Source of the DNA: Octopus vulgaris
Lineage: Eukaryota
Reading direction: 5' to 3'
Assembly: GCA_951406725.2 (NCBI GenBank)
Contig: OX597827.1
Coordinates: 78,988,001 to 79,052,000, forward strand
Length of the DNA: 64,000 bases
Below the pieces are notes generated by a model that searched no databases, was not told the DNA's origin, and saw only the letters and a program-made list of their open reading frames with translations. Below are positions 53,865 through 64,000 of the stretch, piece by piece (the stretch's first letter is position 1; each line of letters starts with the position of its first letter). A program made the position numbers and the translations under genes.

Positions 53865-53992
53865 ACTGCTCTTCTTGGCATTTGTCAACATGGAGAAACC
53901 CTTTGACAGGGTCCCTCAACCCCTCCTCTGGTGATTGCTGTGGAAACTAAGGAATAGACAAATGACTGGTGAGTGTCGTCCAAGCCATATAC
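53865..53992 (+). mobile_element. RTE-clade LINE reverse transcriptase fragment (pseudogenised)
   Basis: LFLAFVNMEKPFDRVPQPLLW*LLWKL.., matching the RTE RT pattern LAFVDLEKAFDRVP. Confidence 0.7.
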
Positions 53993-53999
53993 ACCTGCC

Positions 54000-54265
54000 T
54001 TGGCCTCAGGTGTGGGCCTACCTACTAAATTCTTTTTAACACTGGGTGCACAGCTAAAGGATACCCTCAGGGTGTGTCTATTAGATATTTTGTTGAATCT
54101 ATTGGTACAGGAAAGTGTCTATCAAGTAAACTAAGAAAGATCTTGCCCCCTCTGGTCTTAACATTTAAAGAGAATGGTGGTGTGAACCACAGTACTTTCT
54201 GGTGGCGCTTTCTCTTGGGGGTGGTGGGGCGGGGGGCAGAGTCTGGCATGTAATTAATATTATTC
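54000..54265 (-). mobile_element. Penelope-like element ORF fragment (RT to GIY-YIG linker region)
   Basis: KRKRHQKVLWFTPPFSLNVKTRGGKIFLSLLDRHFP...TLRVSFSCAP, resembling the PLE motif WFNPPFS..V.T..GK.FL.L.DKHFP...SYSC. Confidence 0.7.
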
Positions 54266-55333
54266 TTGTCTATCCGAGCGGGATCACTGCCAGAGCAGCT
54301 GTCTGGTGGGCACGTGGCACATAAAAAGCACCATTTGAGCGTGGCCGTTGCCAGTACCGCCTGTCTGGCCCTCGTGCTGGTGGCATGTAAAAGCACTCAC
54401 TACACTCTCGGAATGGTTGGTGTTAGGAAGGGCATCCAGCTGTATAAACTCTGCCAGACCAGACTGGAGCCTGGCGCAGCCATTTGGTTCGCCGGTCCGT
54501 AGTCAAATCGTCCAACCCATGCCAGCATGGAAAGTGGACGTTAAATGATGATGATGATGATGATGAAATGACTGGCAGCCAGAGCCCAGTTGGAGCATAA
54601 GGCAGAAGCATCAAAGATCTCTTTACTTGAAGACAAGCTGGGAATTCTTCTGCTGATGCCCTTAACCAGGTTCCTGAAAACTATGGCTGGATGGCTTTAT
54701 ATATATTAGCAGTTGTGGCTGTGTGGTAAGAAGCTTGCTTCCCAACCACATGGATCTGGGTTCAGTCCCACTGTGCAGCACCTTGGGTAAGTGTCTTCGA
54801 GTATACCCTCGGGCCAACCAAAGCCTTGTGAGTGGATTTGGTAGACAGAAACTGAGAGAAGCCCATTGTGTATAGATATAACATATATTTATGTGTGCAT
54901 ATCTTTGTGTCTGTGTTTGTTCTCTCACCATCGCTCGACAACTGGTGTTGGTGTGTTTATATCCCCATAACATAGCGTTTCAGCAAAAAGAGACCAATAG
55001 AATAACTACTAGGTTTACAAAGAATAAGTCCTGGGTTTGATTTCTTTGACTAAAAGACCTTTTAAGGCAGTGCTCCAGTGTGGCCACAGTCAAATGACTG
55101 AAACAAGTAAAAGAATAATAGAATATATATACATATACAAATATATATATATATATAGGCGCAGGAGTGGCTGTGTGGGAAGTAGCTTGCTTACCAACCA
55201 CATGGTTCTGGGTTCAGTTGCACTGCGTGGCACCTTGGGCAAGTGTCTTCTACTATAGCCTCGGGCTGACCAAAGCCTTGTGAGTGGATTTGGTAGACGG
55301 AAACTGAAAGAAGCCCATCTTATATATGTGTGC

Positions 55334-55401
<68 letters not shown>

Positions 55402-55872
55402 GTATGTATGTGTGTGTGTGTGTGTGTGGCAATGTGGCCATTGTTGGTGTTGCATAACAAGCATTCATGCCAGTGGCACATAAAAAGCAGGTTTGGTGCG
55501 TTGGGCTAATGCTAGTGTCATGTAACCAGCACCCATGATGGTGGCCCATGAAAAGGACCTTTCGAGCATCGGGCCTCTTGGGGGGGGGGGGCAATGGCAG
55601 ATGACTGAGAGCATCGGCAAGAAGGCGTGCTTGAGAAAAAGACCCATGAAACCTGGTGAAATGATAGTTGTGGAAGATAGGGGTGCCTTGTGACTGGTAC
55701 CTGCGCCTATGGCATGTAAAAACGTCCATTACACTCTGGGAGTGTTTGCCATTAGGAAGGGCGTCCAGATGTAGAAAGCAGGCTAAATCAGACGGGAGTC
55801 TGGTGTAGCTCCTGAGATTACCAGCCCTGGTCAAACTGTCCAACCCATACTAGCATGGACAATGGATGTTAA

Positions 55873-55904
<32 letters not shown>

Positions 55905-55944
55905 ATATATATATACATACATACATACATACATACATACATAC

Positions 55945-55983
<39 letters not shown>

Positions 55984-56028
55984 TTGATGTTGATGATGAT
56001 GTTGATGTTGATGTTGATGATGATGATG

Positions 56029-56059
<31 letters not shown>

Positions 56060-56065
56060 TGGTGG

Positions 56066-56107
<42 letters not shown>

Positions 56108-56110
56108 GGG

Positions 56111-56158
<48 letters not shown>

Positions 56159-56169
56159 GGGTGATGATG

Positions 56170-56203
<34 letters not shown>

Positions 56204-56284
56204 GGGTGATGATGATGATGTTGATGTTGATGATGATGATGTTGATGTTGATGATGATGTTGATGTTGATGATGATGATGATGT

Positions 56285-56336
<52 letters not shown>

Positions 56337-57156
56337 ATATATATATATATATCGAGAGAAAGAGAGAGAGAGAGAGAGAGTGAGAGAAAGAGAGAGAGAT
56401 GTATCTAGTTGTTTATTTGTCTGTCTCCTTCCTCTCCCCACTCTCTCTTCTGTTCTCTCTCTCTATATATATGTATATACACATATATATGAACATACCT
56501 ACACACACACATATATAGACACGCATATACACATCCCCCACCCCCACACAAATCTGTGTGTGAGTGTGTGAGTGTGTGTGTGTGTGTGTGTGTCAGTGTG
56601 AGTGCCATGTGAGAGTGTACAATTCTTATTGTTTAGTTGCATTAAGTGTGCAGCATAACTGTGCAAGAGCGTGTAAGAAATGAGGTCAAAGGCCAACTGC
56701 TGCACATTATACTGCAGTGGCTGCTCTAGTTGAGTCAAGTGCACACAAAATAGTGCAGTGTTGCTATTTATGGGAGTGCAGTTCTCTCTGTACTCCACTT
56801 ACACTTCCTGGCATTTCGCAGATGTTTACGGGGATCTGGAATGTTGTTGATGGAACTGATGACGGTGGGGGTGGGGGGCTGGGTGGAGATGGGGGGGTGG
56901 GGTGTTGGAGGCCGGGGTGGTGGCAGTGGCAGCGGCGGTGGCGGTGGTGGTGGTGGCGGTGGCGGTGCAGGTGGCAACAGCAACGAATTATTTGTGATTG
57001 TTGTTTGTGGTTGTGGAAGAGGGAACTTCACATGCTTTGGTAAGGTGATATAATGACACAGCTTGGATGATGATGATGATCATCATCATCAGGGGGTGGT
57101 GGTTATGATGATGATGATGATGATGACAACGACGATGATGATGATGATGATAACGT

Positions 57157-57191
<35 letters not shown>

Positions 57192-57402
57192 ATGGTGGTG
57201 GTGGAGGTGCTAGGGGTGGTGGTGGTTATGATGATGATGATAATGATGATGAAGGTGATGATGAGAGTGATGATGATGATGAGGGTGATGGTGGTGTTGG
57301 TGGTCACAATGGTTTTGGTGGTGGTTATGATGATGATGATGATGATGAGAGTGATGATGATAATGATGATGATGGCGGTGATGATGATCATGATAATGAT
57401 GG

Positions 57403-57436
<34 letters not shown>

Positions 57437-57437
57437 A

Positions 57438-57477
<40 letters not shown>

Positions 57478-57507
57478 GAGTGATGATGATGATGATAATG
57501 ATGGCGG

Positions 57508-57538
<31 letters not shown>

Positions 57539-57546
57539 GATGATGA
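55873..57546. repeat. (GAT)n microsatellite blocks (55873-56336 and 57063-57546) with other simple repeats between
   Basis: Direct inspection. Confidence 0.9.
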
Positions 57547-57889
57547 ACAAGTGAAGAGAAAAAGATCAACAAACATTTGCAAAATGGGCCAAACAGGAAG
57601 TGTATGTGAGGATAAAGCCAAACATGACACAGTTATTATATTAATTAAGAAGATTCTAGAGGTAATATCTGCCACATTCATAAAACCCCCACCTCAACCC
57701 CTCCACCTCACTCTCCCCCCCCCACATCTTTTCCTCTTCCTTGTCTTTGTTTTATATTTAGTTTTCCAATCAATACAGGAATTTATAAATAAATACTGAC
57801 CTCCGTGAGACACCACTTCTACTGGCCCCACTATTTATCTGGTTCATACATACATACATATATATATACATATATATATATATATATGT

Positions 57890-57931
<42 letters not shown>

Positions 57932-58115
57932 ACATATATATATATATAAAAAGCACCCACTACACTCATGGAGTGGTTGGCGTTAGGAAGGGTATCCAGC
58001 TGTAGAAACATTGCCAGATAAGACTGGAGCCTGGTGCAGCCTTCTGGCTTCCCAGATCCCTGGTCGAACCGTCCAACCCATGCTAGCATGGAGAACGAAC
58101 GTTAAACGATGATGA

Positions 58116-58152
<37 letters not shown>

Positions 58153-58929
58153 ACATATATATATATATCATCATCATCATCATCATCATTTAATGTCCAC
58201 TTTCTATGCTGGCATGGGTGGCATGGGTTGGACAATTTGGCTGAGGACTGGTGAACCAGATGGTTACACCAGGCTCCAATCTAATCTGGCAGAGTTTCTA
58301 CAGCTGAATGCCCTTCCTAATGCCAACCACTCCATGAGTGTAGTGGGTGCTTTACGTGCTGCCTGCACAGGAGCCAGTCAGGTGGTATCTTCTTTTATAT
58401 AGAAGATCAAAAATAAAATCACAGATGGCAAAATAGGAAGGTACAATGAAAATTTCATGAGGTAATGCTTGAATGTTTTGAAGTGGGAATCTAAAGGATG
58501 TCTTCACACTATAAGGCTCAATAATAATAATAATAATAATAATAAAAATAACAATAACAACAACAACAATCATTATGATGATGATGATGATGATGGTTTC
58601 AAATTTTGGCTCAAGGCCAGAAAGTTCACGGTAGTCGGTTAAATTGACCCCAATACACAACTGGTATGATTTTATTGTCCCCAGAAGGATGAAAGGCAAA
58701 GTCAACCTCAGCGTAACACTCAAAATGCCACCACCTAAGAGTCTGAAAGCGACTGGAATTGAGATTTGCTTGTTGACCTGCAGAAAAGTGCCAGAGTGTA
58801 TTCTGCAAGAATCTTAAGAAAGATTTTTGAGATTTGTTGTCATCAAACCTAAACGTAAAATTCCTGCTAATTAAATTAGCATGTAAGAGAATAATAATAA
58901 CACTAATAATAATGATGATGATGATGATG

Positions 58930-58960
<31 letters not shown>

Positions 58961-58965
58961 TGATA

Positions 58966-59048
<83 letters not shown>

Positions 59049-59361
59049 AATAATAATAATAATAATAATAGGTATGATAGGTTAGCTTGGGGGGTAAAGC
59101 AATTGTGGTCGATGAAAAAGGTGGTAGTATTATCAATAATTGTCAGAGCCCTGGGAACAGTGAGTAAAAATCTCGAGAAGTACGTGGAACAAATAGGGGC
59201 TGCAATAAGTGTGGAAGTCATGCAGAAAACAGCACTGCTTGGAACTGCTTGAATACTTCGGAAGGTGCTCGAAAAATAAGGGGTGTTACCTTAGTTCACT
59301 AGTAGTGAACAGCTGACACCATAGTAAATCTTCAACGTTAGATGTGCAAAGGCAATGATAA

Positions 59362-59393
<32 letters not shown>

Positions 59394-59625
59394 AAATAAT
59401 AATAACATTCCTTTCTACTATAAGTACAAGGCTTGAAACTTAGGGGAGGGGCATAGTTGATTTTATATCGACCCCAGTACTCAACAGGTACTTTATTTTT
59501 CGACCCCAAAAGGATGAAAGGTAAAGTTGATCTCGGCAGAATTTGAATTTTTCCCAGCATGCTAACGATTCTAACAGTTCACTGCCATGAATAATAATAA
59601 TAATGATAATAATAATAATAATAAT

Positions 59626-59679
<54 letters not shown>

Positions 59680-62126
59680 TCCCATAATTGGAAATCCCCT
59701 GGTAAAGATAGGGTGCCGAATTTCTGGCTCGCATCGCTCCCATGCGCACACGGTAAGCTAGTTCAGCTGCTCAATGGAATTATGAGAGACCCAAAGAAAA
59801 CACCTGAATGGTTAGCAAGTGGCATTACTTACCTACTCCCAAAGAATAACGAAACCAACCTTCCAAAAAACTATCGGCCTATAACCTGTCTATCCACCAC
59901 GTATAAAATCCTAACATCTATCCTGGCAGAGAAAACATATGCATTCATGGAGAAGAACGATATTTTCCCCATTGAACAAAAAGGGTGCCGCCGAGGCTCT
60001 TACGGATGCAAAGATCAACTGCTAATCAATCGTATGATCCTTGAGAACTGTCACAACAAGCGCAGAAATCTCAGCACCGCATGGATTGACTACAAAAAGG
60101 CCTTCGACAGTATACCGCATCCATGGATCTTGAGATCGCTGGACATCTTCAAAATTTCCCCTGTGATTTCAAACTTCCTGAAGCACAATATGTCATTGTG
60201 GAATACGAATCTCCAATTATACCACTCTAATGGAGTACTTGCCTCAGAAAATATAAACATCAACTGTGGAATTTTTCAAGGTGACTCACTTTCACCTTTA
60301 ATATTCTGCATAGCCCTAATACCCCTTACAAGTGAATTAAACAGAACAGGGTATGGGTATAAAATTGCCAATAAAAAAATAAGCCATCTATTTTATATGG
60401 ATGACTTAAAACTTTATGGTAAAGACAATAATGAACTTGAAGGCCTATTGCGCACCGTGAAAGCATTCAGCGATGACATCAGGATGGAGTTTGGACTTGA
60501 GAAGTGTGCCAAGGCCACTTTCCAGAAAGGGAAAGTGAAGACCACAAATTCAGTCGTGTTAGATGTTGACACAGTCATAAGAGAGCTTGAGCAAGAACAA
60601 ACATACAAATATTTAGGGATAAATGAAGGCTCTGGTATTCAGCATGCAAGCATGAAAGAGAAAATCAGGAAGGAATGTTATAGGAGAGTTCGTGCAGTCC
60701 TGAAATCTGAACTAAATGCACGTAACAAGGTGTTAGCTATAAATTCCTTAACAGTTCCAGTTGTTACTTATAGCTACAATGTGTTGAACTGGAATATGAG
60801 TGAAGTAAAGAATATAGATAGAAAAATACGCAAGCTGCTGAGTTGTGATAGGATGCACCACCCAAAGGCAGACGTAGATCGCCTTTACTTTCCCAGAGCC
60901 CAAGGAGGTCGAGGCCTGATCCAATTTGAACTAGCTTACAAAACAGCCAACATTTGGACTGGCCAAATATCTCGAAATATCGAATGACTGGATGCTAAAG
61001 CTCGTGGAAAATCACGAGAGACGAAAGAAGCTTCATTCTATCATAAAGGAAAGCAAAAAATTTGCTATTGATCTCGTGCAAGATACCCAAACTGAACAAC
61101 CCGAGGGAAGTATGGCAACTATTGTTGCAAAGAAGGTGAAAATGATAGCAATGAAAAAAGTGCACGAGCAATTGGCTGATAGGTGGGAGGAGAAACCTCT
61201 GCACGGCAAATATGTGACCCGCAGCAAACAAGCTGATGTTGACCAGACGCAAACCCATCAGTGGCTACGGAGCTCAGGGCTAAAAGCAGAGAGCGAAGGT
61301 TTCATCCTGGCTGCTCAAGATCAAAGCCTATTAACCCGGAACTACCAGGCCAATGTGATGAAAAATGGAGCAGACCCAAAATGCCGATTCTGCAACGACA
61401 TGATTGAAACAGTGGACCACCTAATCTCTGGATGTAAAGTCTTAGCACCAGTGGAGTATAAATTAAGACATGACGGAGTTGGCCAATATCTCCACTGGCT
61501 AATAAGTCGGCATTACAATATCAAAACTGCCGACAAGTGGTATAATCACCACCCTGAGGTTGTAACTGAAGGAGAAAATGTAACCATTCTGTGGGACTTT
61601 CCAGTACATACAGACTGAACCATCAAGGCCAATAAACCAGATATTGTTGTGAAAGACCAAAACAATAAAGTTTACTTATTGATCGACATGAGCATCCCCT
61701 GTGATCATAATATCTCAGCGAAAGAGTTTGACAAGCTCAGAAAATATAAAGACCTACTCATTGAAATTGAGAAAATGTGGCATCTCAAGGCGGTTACAAT
61801 ACCAGTGATCGTAGGAGCACTAGGAATGATCAAGAAGGGAACCGAAAATTATATGAGAATGATCCCTGGCTTACCATCCCTGCAAGAAGTGCAAAAGATT
61901 GTCTTAACTGGTACATCACACGTATTGAGAAGAACATTGTCGATGTGAGAACTGTTGCTGCTCATGTATTTTAATTTAACTTTAAAAAAAAAAAAAAAAA
62001 AAAATGAACGAACTACTGAGTTTGGTTTAATGGCCTACCAATGTATACTATGAGTTTCTTTGCCCTAGGAGTCGGGAAGACACTCGGCAAGAAATGGAAG
62101 CAAATTTGAAAGAAGAAAAAAAAAAG
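59680..62126 (+). mobile_element. 5'-truncated R4/Dong-clade non-LTR retrotransposon (RT + CCHC + restriction-like endonuclease), inactivated
   Basis: HNWKSPGKD, NYRPITCL, QGDSLSPLIFC, YMDDLKLY; CRFC..ETVDHLISGC, RHD, KPDIVV..IDMSIP..K. +1 frameshift near 60953 and in-frame TGA at 61616. (TAA)n on both sides. Confidence 0.93.
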
Positions 62127-62146
62127 TAATAATAATAATAATAATA

Positions 62147-63806
62147 AACAATCAGCCACCTTTTATATATGGATGGCCTAAAACTATACGCTACAAATGA
62201 TAAACAGCTGGAAACACTATTACAGACAGGACATGGATTTACCAAAGAAATAAATATGAAATTTAGATTAGAAAAATGTGTCAAAGCATCCCTGAAAAGA
62301 GGAAAACTAGTTAAGAGGAGCAACATCACACTAGATAAAGCCAATGAAATAAGAGAATTAGACCAAAACCAGACATACAAATATTTAGGAATCAATGAAT
62401 TAGATATGATACAACACACACAAATGAAAGAGAAAATAAAGAAAGAATTCTATAGATGAGTTAGATCAATACTAAAAACTGAGCTCAATGCTAAAAACAA
62501 GATAATAGGTATTAACACTTCAGCTGTCCCAGTTATAAGTTACAGCTACAATATCCTTAACTGGACACTAAATGAACTAACCAAAATAGACAGGAAAACA
62601 AGAAAAATAATGACAGGATCTAGGATGCACCACCTAAAATCTAACATAGAAAGGCTATATATACAATGTATAGAAGGTCGTAGAGGCCATATACAGCTGG
62701 AAAATTATTATAAAATAACCACCATAGGACTGCAAAAATACCTACTTCAGAAGCAAGGAAAACTAATACAAATAGCCAGAAAACATGAGCAAAACAAAAA
62801 CCTGTTCTCAGTATTTAAGGAAGCTGACAAATACAAACAAGAAATAATACCACCTAATAAATATGAAGAAGAAGATGAAGAAACAACAAAAGCTATAAAA
62901 CAAATGAAATCCAAACTAAAAATAGAACAGCAACGAACCATGATAAAACGATGGCAAGAAAAGCCCCTTCACGGCAAATACTGGACTAAACTAAATGCAA
63001 AAGAAATAGACAGAGAAAATCCCCAGCAATAGTTGAGAAGCTCAGGACTCAAAGCAGAGACTGAGGGATTTTTAATTGCAGCACCAGACCAAAGCCTCCC
63101 CACCAGAAATTACCAAAAACATATAATGAAAAGAAACATAACAAGTAACTGCAGAATATGTGGAGATGGGCAAGAAACAATAAATCATATTATCTCTGGC
63201 TGCCCAGTCCTGGCTAAGAAGGAATATATTCACAGACACGACAGAGTTGAGACCTACATACACTGGAAACTATGCCAACACTATGGAATAACAACAGAAA
63301 AAAGATGGTATAGGCACACACCACAAAAGGTCACAGAAAACGAGAAAGCAACCATACTCTGGGATATGCCAATACACACAGATAGAGAAATTAAGGCCAA
63401 TAGGCCAGATATAGTTATCAGAGATCATGAAGAAAAAAATGCTTTCTAATTGATGTATCAATACCAGCAGATGACAACGTGTATCTAAAAGAAATGGAGA
63501 AACTTTCAAAAAAACAAAGACCTGGAAACAGAGGTAACTAGAATGTGGAATCTAAAAACAGAAACACTTCCTATCATAGTAGGTGCATTAGGCATGATAA
63601 AAAAATATTCAGACAAATACATAACAAAAACACCAGGACTTACAAACACATATAACATACAGTAAATTGCACTACTAGGCACTGCACACATCCTACACAG
63701 AACACTTTCAATACAGTAACCATCACAACAAATCACAGCACATACCCAAGGCACACAGAGCTGCACTCGGTAGTGCAGTGAAAGCACGATATGAAAATAA
63801 AACTAG

Positions 63807-63808
<2 letters not shown>
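62147..63808 (+). mobile_element. Second, more truncated and divergent R4/Dong-clade copy in tandem
   Basis: Starts at ISHLLYMDGLKLY; CRICGDGQETINHIISGC, RHD, RPDIVI. Several stops (62457, 63030) and frameshifts; followed by (TAA)n to the window end. Confidence 0.9.
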
Positions 63809-63843
<35 letters not shown>

Positions 63844-63911
63844 TGATGATGATGATGATGATGATAATAATAATAATAATAATGATAATAATAATGATAA
63901 TAATGATGATG

Positions 63912-63957
<46 letters not shown>

Positions 63958-64000
63958 TAATAATAATAATAATGATAATAATAATAATAATAATAATAAT

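Noticed and set aside
59587-61948. Active LINE or programmed frameshift/readthrough
   Set aside because: 5'-truncated, the ATG comes from the flanking repeat, and the lesions are a single-base insertion and a probable CGA>TGA change.

Overview
AT-rich, microsatellite-dense eukaryotic DNA. The SINE types and cephalopod-style protocadherins point to an octopus/coleoid genome (inference). The core is a head-to-tail pair of minus-strand protocadherin genes about 30 kb apart. Each has signal peptide, six cadherin (EC) repeats and a TM helix in one large exon preceded by a splice acceptor. For the first gene I could reconstruct two further in-frame cytoplasmic exons (10293-7990, 6955-6826, 4152-3806; 926 aa). 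The second (993 aa) carries its whole repeat-rich tail in the large exon. At the left end a near-perfect 134-137 bp tandem array leads into an intronless death-domain-like ORF split by a +1 shift at a T7 run. The rest is transposon debris: tRNA-derived SINEs, R4/Dong-type LINEs in (TAA)n, RTE, Penelope-like, gypsy and Tc1/mariner remnants, and piggyBac-like MITEs. Several Penelope-type hammerhead ribozyme motifs occur, including a TSD-flanked inverted dimer built from tRNA head + (AAT)n + hammerhead. Most ORFs in the supplied track are microsatellite translations. Repeat coordinates were read by eye and are approximate; no database searches were run.
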